A program made the position numbers and the translations under genes. A DNA stretch of 64,000 nucleotides from the NCBI RefSeq assembly GCF_009914755.1, contig NC_060926.1. One strand, given 5' to 3'. Below the pieces are notes generated by a model. The model searched no databases. It was not told the origin of the DNA and saw only the letters and a program-made list of their open reading frames with translations. The DNA is from the human T2T-CHM13v2.0 reference genome, Homo sapiens. Position 1 is the first letter of the stretch. Each line of letters begins with the position of its first letter. Positions 28,904-41,470 of the stretch are shown piece after piece.

Positions 28904-29446
28904 GGTGCCAGCCAGGTATTGAGTGCGCGTTCACCATGCACCTCCATGCTGTTGACCTAGTAATTGTGACAACTGGGACCCCCAGTCTTTCTCTTCTGCC
29001 CTTGATAAAATGAATCCCGAAGTGGGGTGCAACCTTGCAGATGGGGGAAAGAAGTGGGGAGCTCCCCAGGCTGCTCCATGCAGCACAGGCTGGCAGCATC
29101 CGAATCGCCGAGTGATTAATAGACATGCTGTAAGTAACTTACATCTCTGGGTTAAACGATTAACCAGAAATGGAACAACATCATTACATCATTCCCTTTG
29201 TCAGGCCTTTGGGTTGGCAGAATGAGCTCCTGGGTGGCCGGGTGCCTTGTCATGCTTCAGAGGCGTTTTGGGCACTCGGTCCTTTATCTCAGGACAATGA
29301 ACCCGCAAGGAGAGGAAGAGCCAGTAATTCTATAGAGACTCGGAGGCGCAGGGGGCACGCTTAGTTAGAGTGGTGGTGGTATTTTCAGTGTTTTCTGGTT
29401 TTATGATAAACACAAGCATCAATGTCTCAAGACTTTCATCTTTATC

Positions 29447-29774
29447 TTTTTTTTTTTTTTTTTTTTTTTTCTTGAGACAGGGTTTCCCTCTGTCACCCAG
29501 GCTGGAGTGCATTGGTGGTGTGATCTTGGCTTTCTGTAACCTCGGGCTTCTGGGCTCAAGCCGTTCTACTACCTCAGCCTCCCAAATAGCTAGAACTACA
29601 AGCGTGTGCTGCCACACCTGGCTAATTTGTTGTATTTTATTTATTCATTTATTTTTGTGAAGACAAGGTCTTGCCATGTTGCCCAGGCTGGTCTCAGACT
29701 CCTGGGCTCAAGCAATCCACCCACCTTAGTCTCCCAAAGTGCTGGGATTACAGGCGTGAGCCACCACACCCAGC
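29447..29774 (-). mobile_element. AluJ-type element, antisense
   Basis: Poly-T, then gagacagggtttccctctgtcacccaggctggagtgca...ctcctgggctcaagcaatcc...gagccaccacacccagc. Flanked by the repeat ttcatcttt. Confidence 0.92.
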
Positions 29775-30069
29775 TTCATCTTTCTCTTCACCGTAAAACA
29801 GGAAAGTGTGTGGTGACCAGTATTTTAAGGGAAAGGCACTTACAGAGAATTAAGCATTTGACAAAATTTATTTACAGATATTTGTCTGTGGACCACTTCC
29901 ACACCAGCTGTGCATGAGAGGGCTCATTGCTCTGAATTTGCCTCCTTGTCTGCACCCAGGAGACCGTTTCCCAGATCACGCAAACGCTGCCTTCTCCCCA
30001 CACCAGGGCCCTCAGCATGGGAATGACCTTCCAGCGCTGCACGTTTCCAATCCATGCTCTGTTTTTCAG

Positions 30070-30276
30070 TTCTGGCTCACAGAGGACTGCTGGTTGCAAG
30101 CAAACTTGTATCTGGGTCTTCAAGATTTTGACTTTGAGGACCAGAGGCCCTATTGCTTCAGCGTCGTGGCCGGCCATGGGAAGAGCCATGTTTTCAACGT
30201 GGAGCTTGGCAGCGAGCTGGCCATGTGGGAGAAGTCCTTCCAAAGAGCCACGTTCATGGAAGTTCAGAGAACCGGG
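30070..30276 (+). CDS. SNTG2: SNTG2 coding exon (probably exon 14), 207 nt
   Basis: Acceptor gtttttcag|TTC, donor GGG|gtaagt. Encodes FWLTEDCWLQANLYLGLQDFDFEDQRPYCFSVVAGHGKSHVFNVELGSELAMWEKSFQRATFMEVQRTG. I did not find the following exon in the remaining 34 kb. Confidence 0.96.
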
Positions 30277-31925
30277 GTAAGTGAACAACTCACACTCTTC
30301 TCACCTACACCTGCTCGGGTGTCTGAGACATAGCATTGGGGAATATGTAGCAGTTTATTGGGGGAAAAGAGGAATCTTCAGAAGGTGAGAATCTTTCACC
30401 GGAGCTACTGTGTGGAAATGATCGTTCGCACGGAGTCATGCGCTCAGTGGATAACATGAGCTGTAGTGGAAGGGAAGGGGAGGAGAGGATTTTGTGTCTG
30501 TGTCTACATTGAATGTGAGGAACGGGCTGCATCGCTTTCCAGGAAGGGACTCCACCGATGTGGCGCTCAAGTTCCTGAGAAGTGATGACACTTCTAGCCT
30601 GTGCTCCGGGAGACAGAACACCTAGCTTACAAATGAGTATAATGTGTCGTGCAGTTACTTGGATGTTTGTAATATTTTAAGGCACTTTAATGGTTCTTCC
30701 ACTCAAACTTGATGGTCCGAAGGAGAATATAAAACAGCTTGTGTGTCTGAATTGCTTTTCTCTTCCTGACAACAGCAAATACATCACTCACAAATTTGAA
30801 TGTATACCATGTGAAGGGATGAGGAAGAATGCATTATAATCCTCCTTATCCTAAATAGCGGGATGATCCTTCAGGGAGGATGTGTGCTGCAGGAATGAAG
30901 AGTGACAGGAGATAAATGAGGCAGCGCATCCCAGAGGAGCTCTGACTTCACACCAAAGTCCAGGGCTCCCGCCTGGCTGAGCGCGGAGAATGCTGAGTGT
31001 GAACTTAGTAACTAAAGATGGCTACTTCATTTAAATATACATATATACCTTGAATGTGAAACTATTCTGTGTTATTTATCTTTCATTCACGTTGTCAAAA
31101 TGTATCCAGGCTCCTTGGCATGCCATCACAGAGCACGAAGCTTCCCTGTAACTAATGCACACTGAGATCTCTTAGTCCACAGAATGAAGTCACACCCAGA
31201 TCTTCATAGAAACTGATGCCAATGTTTATTCTCATTTATCCCAGGCTGCTGTGATTTCCCCCTCAAATTGGGCACCCTAAATTGGAATTATGGTTGATTC
31301 CTGATGCTTAAAGTAACCTTTATATTTGAAGCATCCAATTCATTAACCATTATAGAACATTACATGCTGGAAAGAAAATTACTAAACATAGGATCCTTCA
31401 TCTCAGGGACTTACTCAAATGTATAGTGGCATTTAGCCACTTAGAAACCATCAGCACTAAAGGTTCAAGTCGTTAAAAGGCAAAGTGAAAGAGCGTTTCT
31501 GGGACAAGGTGACCTTTCTGCTTGTTTTCTTTAGATGATAGCAGTAATCATTTTGCTTTCAACATAAATACCGGAGAAGTAGAGAGAATTCTCCATTCGC
31601 GTGTGTGTGCAGGGCTGCCCCACACCCTCTAGTGCCCCAGGGCCCATGCCTGGCTGAGCAGAGTCCCGGTGGCCATTCAGACTCATCTATGGGAAGGTGA
31701 CAGGTTACAGGAGAAGATATCCTGAATAAGAGCAATCATAGAATTACAGTGTTGGAGGGAGGGTGAAAGGTTAGTAATTTCATCTAGTACCCAGATGTAG
31801 TGAAATGAATGTCTGAAGCATTCTAGAGGGTGAAAGTTTATTTAGGATTCCTAAAAAATAGAATTTCTTTATGAATAGTCCTTCCTTATGTTTGGTACTG
31901 TCCTTATTCCACTAAAGGGGGTGAA

Positions 31926-32284
<359 letters not shown>

Positions 32285-34509
32285 TCAGGACATCTTTCCT
32301 AGAGGAAGTGGTTAGTCTCTTTTAAAAATCGTTGGTGTCTTGCACAGGTGGAGAAGAGAAGGCATTCCCAGTGGGAAGCATTGAAAAATTAGGCTAATGC
32401 TCCATTTGGCAGAATGAAAGATCTAAGATTCAGGCTAGGACTCAGCAGGCAGCAATGTGCCCAGGTGAATTTTAGAGGAAACATTTTCAATAATCCAGGA
32501 TTGAGATAATGAAGACCTTTCGTGGGGAATGGAGGCAATGAGGGTGTTAACAAGCCGGCACACCTGCAGAGACTGTAAGTGGGCATGGGCATCCATCCAC
32601 GTTTCTGCAGGACTGGGTAGAGTGGGGCTGTGGGGGCCGTGATGACCACTGTTGGGAAGAACTGCTGGGGCCGTGCCATGCTGCCCATGACTGACTTGCT
32701 GGATCTTCACAACTCAGCAAAGTGGATGCCCTCAAAGAAGCCCCGGGTGGATGCTTCCTTGTGCAGGGTGGCAAGGTCATGCAAGACCTCTCAGGGCATT
32801 GAATTCCCAATTTACGCCTCACTCAGGACCTGTGTTTCAGGAACCCACCCTGCAGGCATTTCCTGAGCTCCACCCCAGGTAGTGACCTGACTCCTATCAG
32901 ATCTGCCCATGGTGTCCTGGGAGGGACAAAGCATTTCAAAATTAGATGGACTCACTCCCTCTTCATGAATTAGAGAAAATACTTCTCCAAAACTCCATTA
33001 CATAAACTGTAAATTATTATAACTCATCATGGAGTACTTATAAAATCATATTACATTTAGTAATATCTGTAAATGAATTAAGTCAAACGCCTAATACTCT
33101 ATACTAGGCTGGATGCATTGCACGTACATCATTTAACTTTTTTAATACATCTAAGATGCAGTTGTTCTTTTCTTTTCCCTTTTATTTTACAAATGGTAAA
33201 TGAAAGTTCAGAAGGGCTATGTTACTTCTCCACAGTCACCTAGAGACTAAACCACAATGGCAGGATCTACACAAGATTTCAAGAATTGCTGTCTTGAGAG
33301 TCACGTTCTTTCTGCTGAAACATTCAGCCTCACATGTGACAGAAACAAAATAGTGAGAAGGTGCCTAGAACAGTCCCCGGCATACTTCAAACTCTCCGTA
33401 AATGTGTTCTTCTTGATTCAGTAGCACTGCTGGATTTCTTTTCTCCACCTTCTGTCTCTGTTTTGCTTGTTTTGCTAGTTTTTTCTACTATTTCCTGACT
33501 TTGATCGTATTCCAACCCGACTTGCAATTTTAAATCTCCAGAATAATTACATGTGTATAGTGTTGATAGCACTGATTTTTCTTTACTAATTGTAACACTT
33601 TTCCAGCAGTGATTAGCGTGTTCATTCCTTCTCTAAAAGGATTTCTGAAAGGAAAGCCCTGCATCCTTCACAGGCTCTGGATCTAAACTGATGACATTCC
33701 TTCACAGTCGTTTCTGAATGCACCTATGTGAGGTCAGTACATTTTACAGAAAAGTTCTCCATCATCAGGATAGTAGCTTCATGCAAGTCCTTGACTGCCT
33801 TATCAACATTATTACTCTCTTAAATAATATCTACATTACAAATATCGTTCCAAGTTATCCAGAATTCAGTGTCACACACATGCATAAGAGAATAACAGAC
33901 CTTCCATGTTCCAGCCTCTCCATCCCTGCCTCCCAAGCTGAGGTACAAATGCCAATATTATGTTATATAATCTTCAAACTGTTTTTACACATACTCAAGT
34001 ATATTTTTTCCTTTTTATTGAAAAGTCATCACATATGCATGTTGTTCTGCAATTTACAAGACTTTTGTACATTTTCATGTCAATTTATCTAAATTTGTAT
34101 GTCAATTTATTTAAATTCTAACAGGACATTGCAATGTCCTGTTAGAATTTAAAATTAAAAATGTATATCTTTCCTAATAGCAACACAAAAACACAAAGTA
34201 TAAAATATCTATCAGATAGGATGCCTTTGGCTACAAGTAAGAGAAAGTTCTTGACTCACCCAACAATAAACAATACCTATTGTTGCTATTATTTTCCATA
34301 ACAAGGTTTCCATACTCCACCTTGCTGAGTTTTGAGGTCTAGATTGTGCCTCGGTGTGGCTCCCCTCCCAGTCATAAGATGCTTGTGGAAGCAACAAGCA
34401 TTCATGTCGGTGTTCAGGGGAGGCAGAAAATGTCCTCCATAACCCATTGAGGATGTCCCCTTCAGCCTAGCTGTGCCAGCCTATGTCATGAGCCCATCAG
34501 ACCAAAGTA

Positions 34510-34676
34510 CTCATCTAGGGAATGCCATTGGCTGATTGGCTTCTCATCAAGGGAACACCATTGGCTGATTGGCTTCTCATCAAGGGAATGCCATTGGCTG
34601 ATTGGCTTCTCGTCAAGGAAACACCATTGGCTGATTGGCTTCTCGTCAAGGGAATGCCATTGGATGATTGGCTTCT
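34510..34676. repeat. Minisatellite, 33-bp unit x5, two ATTGG (CCAAT box) motifs per unit
   Basis: Unit CTC(A/G)TCAAGGGAA(TG/CA)CCATTGGCTGATTGGCTT starting at 34510, 34543, 34576, 34609 and 34642. Confidence 0.95.
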
Positions 34677-34713
34677 GTGAACCAACATCCACCCTGGGGA
34701 CTGGAAATGAAGT

Positions 34714-35167
34714 CAGCAACGGACCCAACATTTATGGTGCCAGGGACTGGTTTTGTGAATGACAGTTTTTCCACGGACAGGGCCAGGGGGATGGTTTGGG
34801 GATGATTCAAGCACATTACATTTATTGTGCACTTTATTTCTATTATTATTACATTGCAATCTGTAATGAAATAATTATACAACCCGCCATAATGCAGAAT
34901 CAGTGAGGTCCCTGAGTTTGTGTTCCTGCAACTAGACGGTCCCATCTGGGGGGATGGGAGACAGTGAAAGATCCTCAGGCATTAGGTTCTCATAAGGAGT
35001 GTGCCACCGAGATCCCTCACAGGTGCAGTTCACAATAGGGTTCCCGCTCCTGTGAGAATCTAATACTTCTGCTCATCTGACAGGAGGCAGAGGTCAGGCG
35101 GTAATGCTCACTAACCCAGCTCCTGCTGTGAGGCCCAGTTCCTAACAGGCCACAGACTGGTACTGGT
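34714..35167 (-). mobile_element. MER1A-like hAT-Charlie element, one terminus missing
   Basis: cagggactggttttgtgaatgacagtttttccacggac...gcacattacatttattgtgcactttatttc...cctaacaggccacagactggtactggt, ending abruptly at an A17 run. Confidence 0.85.
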
Positions 35168-35195
35168 AAAAAAAAAAAAAAAAAAGGATTCTATT

Positions 35196-35598
35196 AGGAC
35201 ATCCCAGGAGCAGGTGTAGAAAGGACATCCCAGGAGCAGGTGTAGAAAGGACATCCCAGGAAACAGGTACAGAAAGGACACCCCAGGGAATAGGTGTAGA
35301 AAGGATATCCCAGGGAGCAGGTGTAGAAAGGACACCCCAGGGAACAGGTGTAGAAAGGATATCCCAGGGAGCAGGTGTAGAAAGGACACCCCAGGGAACA
35401 GGTGTAGAAAGGACACCCCAGGGAAAAAGTGTAGAAAGGACATCCCAGGGAGCGGGTGTAGAAAGGACACCCCAGGGAGCGGGTGCAGAAAGGACACCCC
35501 AGGGAGCGGGTGCAGAAAGGACACCCCAGGGAGCGGGTGCAGAAAGGGCATCCCAGGGAAGAGGTGTAGAAAGGACATCCCACGGAGCAGGTGCAGAA
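35196..35598. repeat. Minisatellite, 26-27-bp unit, ~15 copies
   Basis: Unit AGGACA(T/C)CCCAGGGAGCAGGTGTAGAA. Minus-strand ORFs show 9-aa periodicity. Confidence 0.95.
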
Positions 35599-36244
35599 CT
35601 GGAGGAGAACAGTGTCTCCTGCGGTGCCTGAACAAAAAGCATTCTCATCAAATTCAGCTTTCTCCTTTGCAAGACAGTTTCACGAGATCACGTTTATGAA
35701 GTTTTCCTAGGTCTGTGTGTGCTATACGGATGCGCACCATCACCATCACCGCGCAGTGGGTCTCCTGTTAGAGAAGCCGGTCACGCACGGTGCTCCGTGG
35801 ATTTTCCACTGCCAAGTCCTGACGAGCACGCCCCTGCCTGCCCGCCTCGGGGAACGGGACCTCACTGAGGCAAACCAAGCTGTCATCCTTCCACACAGCT
35901 CCCTTGGTAGGAGCATTCTCCCTAATGGGCCCGTCTTTCCCTCCTGCTCCATTTCTGGACTTAGGTTTGCTCTCTGGTCTGAGCTGCTCTCACAGAACAC
36001 CAATCTCTTCTGCCTGTTTCCAAGTTTCATAAATTTTTTTGATAATTTCTCCTTTTTGTTTATAAAGACTCCCCAAAGACTATTCTTGTTCACACACAGG
36101 TTAATATTCTGGTATTAGTAGTTGCTTGATATCAGGTGCAACAGAATTTTAAGCAAATCAAGGTGGCTCTGTGATTCATTAATGCCTTTACCACTCCTAC
36201 CGTACTATCAAGACAAGCACAGCCAAAAAGAGATTCTGTGTATG

Positions 36245-37205
36245 GCAGATGTGCAAAGGCAATTCAGTGGAGAAAGGAAAGCCTTCTGGACAAATTATGC
36301 TGGGATAATTGGATGCCTATATACGAAAAAAAGAACTTTGACTCATTATATACATAAATATTATATATATATATATAAGTATAAACTCAAAATGAATATA
36401 GAATGAAATATAAGTACAAAACTATAAAACTTTTAGAAGAATAAACAGCATAAAGTCTTTGTGACCTCTGGTTATGCAAATATTTCTCAGATACAAAACC
36501 AGAAGCACAAACCATGAAAAAAAATTGATAATTTAGACTTGAAATTAAAAGCAACTATTATTTGAAAAACACTGCTAATATAATGAAGAGAAGATATGAA
36601 AACTGGGAGAAAATATTTGCAAGGCATATAACTGGTAAAGGACTTCTATATGTAATGCATAAAAAGATCTCAAAGCTCAATGATTAGAAAAACAATAAGA
36701 AATTTGGGAAAAGGCTTGAATAAACACTTCAAAAAACATTTCTAGATGGGAAATAGGTAGATTGAAATATGCTCCAAATCATTAGCATGTAGGGAAGTGC
36801 AAATTAAAACAGTGAAATCTCACAGCACACATATTAGAATGAGTAAATTTTAAAAGACTGATGATGCCAAGTGTTGGTGAAGGAACTGGAACTCTCATTC
36901 ACTGTTGGTGGCTGTGGAAAATGGCACACCCAGCTTGACAGTGTCTTAAATGTAAAGACAAATTCGCCACAAGATCCAGAAACTTTCTCGTTACCCTGGT
37001 GTATGCAAAAATGCTCATAACAGCTTCATTTGTAAACAACAATAACTAAAAACAGCCCAAATGGTCACTGACGTAGGAATCTATCAAAAATGTGTGTGTA
37101 TCTATATAAAGGAGTGGAATTCATCAACAGAAAGAATGAATTATTGGCATATGCAATGATGTGGAACACTCTCCAAGCAACAAGAGTACATTCTGTCTAA
37201 TTTCC
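36245..37205 (+). mobile_element. Old L1M fragment (3' part of ORF2)
   Basis: gcaaaggcaattcagtggagaaagg...aactataaaacttttagaagaa...ctgggagaaaatatttgcaa...gaactggaactctcattcactg. Confidence 0.75.
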
Positions 37206-37280
37206 AGAGCAATAGTTTAATTTTAATGAGGTCCACTTCATTGAGTTTTTCTTTCACGGATTGTGTTTTTGGTGTCACAT

Positions 37281-37440
37281 CTAAGAACTTGCCCTTCCAC
37301 CCTCAATCAGGATGATTCTGCCCTGGATTTTGTTCTAAGAACTCACCATTCTGCCCTCGGTCAGGATGATTCTGCCCTGGATTTTGTTCTAAGAACTCAC
37401 CATTCTGCCCTCGATCAGGACGTTTCTGCCTGGATTTTGT
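37281..37440. repeat. Tandem repeat, 54-bp unit x~3
   Basis: CTAAGAACTCACCATTCTGCCCTCG(G/A)TCAGGATGATTCTGCCCTGGATTTTGTT, with 18-aa periodicity in the ORF track. Confidence 0.9.
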
Positions 37441-37971
37441 TGTAGGAGCATGACCATTGCACATTCACATTTGTCACTGGTGTGGTAATGTGTGCCAAGG
37501 TAGATGGAAGGGGAATCTGCCTGGCTGCTGGGCCCCTGCACAAAGGCTCAGTGGGAGAGTCTTAGTTTATTTAGTGTTGCTGTAACAGAATAGCTGAGGC
37601 TAGGTAATTTATAAAGGAAAAAGGGCTTATTTAGCTCATAGTTCTGCAGGCTGGGAAGTTCAAGTGCATGGCACTGGCTTCTGACCAGAGCTTTCCTGCT
37701 GAGTCCTAACATGCAGTAGATCAAAGAGGAAGCCGACATGTGCAAAAGGGCCAAATATGAAGTGTGTCCTGGCTTTACGACAGCCTATCCTTGTAAAAAC
37801 TAATTCATTCCTGAAAAATCTCATCCAGTCTCCAGAGAGGGAGAACTCTCTCACTACCTAGAGAATGGCAGCAAGCCACCCACCAGGGCGGAGCCATCAT
37901 GACCCAAATGCCCTGCATTAGTCCCCACCTCTTAAAGGCTCCACCTCCCAACATCCTTACCTCGGCAGCTA

Positions 37972-40377
37972 CAGACTCAGCTTGTTTTATTGTGCTTTGC
38001 TTTGTTAAGCTCTGAAGATACTCTTTTTATTATTTATTTTTAATTGAAGATTTAAGGAAACCCTGCAGTAAGCAAATCTATCACTGCCATTTTTCCAGCA
38101 GTATGTGCTCTGTCATGTCTCCATGTCTCTGTCACATTGTGGGAATTCTTGCAGTATTTCCAATGTTTTCATTATCACTATATCTGTCACCGTGATGTGT
38201 GTTCAGTTTTTGTTGTTACTGTTGTAATTGGTTTCAGGCACCACCAGTGTTGCTCATATAACATGACAAACTTAATCAGTCACTGCTATGTGTGTTCTGA
38301 TTGCTCCACTGACCAGTCGTTTTCTCATCTCTCTTCCTCTCCCTGGGCCTCCTCATTCCACGAGACATAACAGTATTGATATTAGGCCAGTTAACAACCC
38401 TGGAATGGCCTTGAAGTGTTCAAATGAAAGGAAGAGTCACATGTCTCTCACTTTAAATCAAAAGCTAGAAATGATTAAGCTTTGTGAGGAACACATGTCA
38501 AAAGCCAGGACAGGTCAAAACCTTCTTGTGCCAAATAGCCAAATTGTGAATGTAAAGCAAAAGCTCTTGAAGGAAATTAAAAGTGCTACTCCAGTGAACT
38601 CATGAATAATAAGAAAGCAAAACAGCCATACTGCTGCTATGAAGAAAGTTCTGAACAAGATCAACGTGCTGAATAAGAACAAACCAGCCACAATACTCCT
38701 TTAAGCCAAAGCCTAATCCAGAACAAGGCCCTAGCTCTCTTCAATTCTATGAAGGCTTAGAGAAGGGAGGAAGCTGCAGAAGAAAAACTGGAAGCTAGCA
38801 GAGGTGGGTTCATGAAGTTTAAGGAAAGAATCTGTCTCCAAAACACTGAAGTGCAAAGTGAAGCAGCAAGTGCTGATCAAGAAGCTGCAGCAAGTTCTCC
38901 AGAAGATCCAGCTAACAACACTGATAAAGGAGGCTACACTAAACAATAGATTTTCCATGTAGACGAAACAGCATTCTATTGGAAGAAGATGCCATCTAGG
39001 AATTTCTGAGCTGGACAAACGTCATTGCCTGACTTCAAAGCACCAAAGGACAGGCTGACTCTCTTATTAGGGTCCAATGTATATGGAGACTTTAAGTTGA
39101 AGTGAAGCTTCATTTACCATTCTGAAAAGACTAGGGCCCTAAAGAATGATGCTAAATCTACTCTGCCTGTGCTCTATAAATAAAACCACAAAGCCTGGAT
39201 GACAGCACATCTGTTGACAGCATGGTTTAGTAAATATTTTAAGCCCACTGTTGAGACCTACTGCTCAGAAAAAAAGATTCCTTTCAAAATATTACAACTC
39301 ATTGACAATGCAATTGGTCACTCAGGAGCTCTTGTGGAGATGTCCAAGATTAATGTTGTTTTCATGCCTGATAATACAACATCCACTCTACAGGTCACAA
39401 GTCAAGGACTAATTTTGACTGTCGAGTTTTATTATTTAAGAAATACATCTCATAAGGTTATAGCTGCCATAGATAGTGAACCCTCTGATGAGCAAGTAAA
39501 CTGAAAACCTGGAAAGGATTCACCACCCTAGATTTCATTAGAAACATTTGTGACTCATGGGAGGACATCAGAGTATCAACATTAGCAGGAGTTTGGAAGA
39601 AGCTGATTCCAAACCTCATGAATGACTTTGAGGGATTCAAGACTTCAGTGGAGGAAGTCACTGCAAATTGATAGAAATAGCAAGAGGACAAAAATAAAAG
39701 TGAAGGCTGAAGATGATTGAATTGCTGCAATCTCAGGATAAACTTAGAACAGATGAGGAGTTACTCTTATGGATAAGCAAAGAAAGTGGTTTCTTGAGAT
39801 GGAATCTACTCCTGGTAAAGATTGTATTAATATTGCTGAAATGATAAAAAACATTTAGAATATTCCATAAAGTTAGCTGATAAAGTAGCAGCAGGGTTTG
39901 AGAGAATTAGCTTCAATTTTGAAAGAAGTTCTACCATGGATAAAATTCTATCAAACAGCATCACATGCTACAGAGAAAGTTTTCATGAAAAGAAGAGTAA
40001 ATCGATGAGGCAGACTTCATTGTTGTCTTATCTTAAGAAACTACCACAGCCGCTCCAACCTTCAGCAGCCACCATCCGCATCAGTCAGCAGCCATCAACA
40101 TCCAGGCAAGGTCCTCCCTCTGCTAAAAGAGGAAGACTCACTGAAGGCTCAGATGACCACTAGGTTATTTTAACAATAAAGTATGTTTAAATTAAGGTGT
40201 GTATATTACTTCTTAGACATAATGCTTTGCATACTTCATAGATTACAGTATAGTGTAAGCCCAATTTTTATATGCACCCAGAAACCAAAAAATTAGTAAG
40301 ACTTTTTGCTTTATTGTGACATTTGCTTTATTGCAGTGGTCTAGAACCAAACCTATGCTATCTCCAAAGTCAGCCTG
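37972..40377 (+). mobile_element. Tigger1 DNA transposon, near full length (~2.4 kb)
   Basis: Degenerate TIRs at both ends, inserted at TA. Carries transposase ORF fragments. Confidence 0.93.
38405..40163 (+). pseudogene. Decayed Tigger1 (pogo-family, TIGD1-like) transposase
   Basis: Fragments [26 protein letters not shown]..., [38 protein letters not shown]... and ...[15 protein letters not shown], separated by stops and frameshifts. Confidence 0.9.
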
Positions 40378-40944
40378 TGAATTTCAACATGAGTTTTGGT
40401 TGGGATAAACCACATCCAAACCATAGCAGGGAGTCAGGCTTTTCCACGTGATGCCAGGGAAGAGGCAGCTGGTGACATGCAAGCTGGGCACCTGCAGGAG
40501 GTTTTTGTGCAGGGCTATGCAGGGGAGGAGGGAAGACAGCCCAGTGGCTCCTCAGAGGGCAGCAGGGGCACAGCCTCATAGACAAGCTCCATGGAGATCC
40601 CACCGGAAGTGTCCGGCCCCACTCCAGGGTCTCCATGTCAGTGGGGTTTCCATCCTCTCTGCAAAGGCGGGGAAGATAACGCTTTTCTGGTTTTCCAATG
40701 AGTAGCATTCTCTCTGACACTTCGTGGCAAGTATTAACTTCACCACATTACTAAAATGGTGATTATTTCATTTATCAAATGTCATCAGTTAATCGGTAAA
40801 ATTTTCTTATAACTGGGACATCTCTTTCGGTTCCAAGCAAATCTGGAACTACTTTTTGGTGAATAAGTTTCACGGTATAACATGCACTTCACCTGCTTAA
40901 TCACAGTACACAAGTAACCTCATTTTGGGACAACTCAATCAAGT

Positions 40945-41240
40945 AACTGGCCATGTCAGTTAATGCAACATATTGTTTATGGAGGGCAGAAGGTGTTAGT
41001 GAGGTGTGTTGTTACCTGACCATGTCAGTTACCGCACCAGGTTGCTGTTTATGGAGGGTACGAGGTGCTAATGACGTATGTTGTTATCTGACCATATCAG
41101 TTACTGCACCAGGTTGCTGTTTATGGAGGGCACCAGGTGCTAGTGAGGTCTGCTGTTACCTGACCATGTCAGTTACTGCACCATGCTATTGTTTATGGAG
41201 GACAGGAGGTGCTAGTGAGGTATGTTGTTACCTGACCATC
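40945..41240. repeat. Tandem repeat, 72-bp unit x4
   Basis: Unit CCATGTCAGTTACTGCACCAGGTTGCTGTTTATGGAGGG...GTGAGGT.TGTTGTTACCTGA, with 24-aa periodicity. Confidence 0.9.
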
Positions 41241-41470
41241 TGCTAAGTTCTTTTATTTAAAAAAATTTTAGATTCCTTACGCATCTTACAAGCCTCAATT
41301 CTGTTTTTCTTGCTGCTTCCTGTAGTAGGCCTCCCTGCAGACTTCATGGCCATTTCTAGTGCAGTGGTAGTCAAGAAAAGAAATACCAATGCTTCTTTCT
41401 CTTTTGTCAGAACGAAGAGCAAAGAAAACCCAAGTGAAGATGTAAAGCCTGTTTATGTAAGTGTGACATA

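Larger units (their letters stand above)
37558..40428 (-). mobile_element. MaLR LTR (MST-type) split by Tigger1 into 37558-37971 and 40378-40428
   Basis: The LTR sequence resumes after Tigger1 (atttcaacatgagttttgg...ccaaaccatagca). TSD GGGAG at 37553-37557 and 40429-40433. Confidence 0.85.

Noticed and set aside
29914-30333. 139-aa ORF as a stand-alone gene
   Set aside because: It is the 207-nt SNTG2 exon plus chance open intronic flanks. Splice sites delimit the real coding part.
38405-40163. Domesticated TIGD-like transposase gene
   Set aside because: It contains multiple stops and frameshifts.
40953-41246. Cys-rich 97-aa repeat peptide resembling a metal-binding or keratin-associated protein
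   Set aside because: It comes from a 72-bp tandem repeat, with no promoter, splice or homology support.
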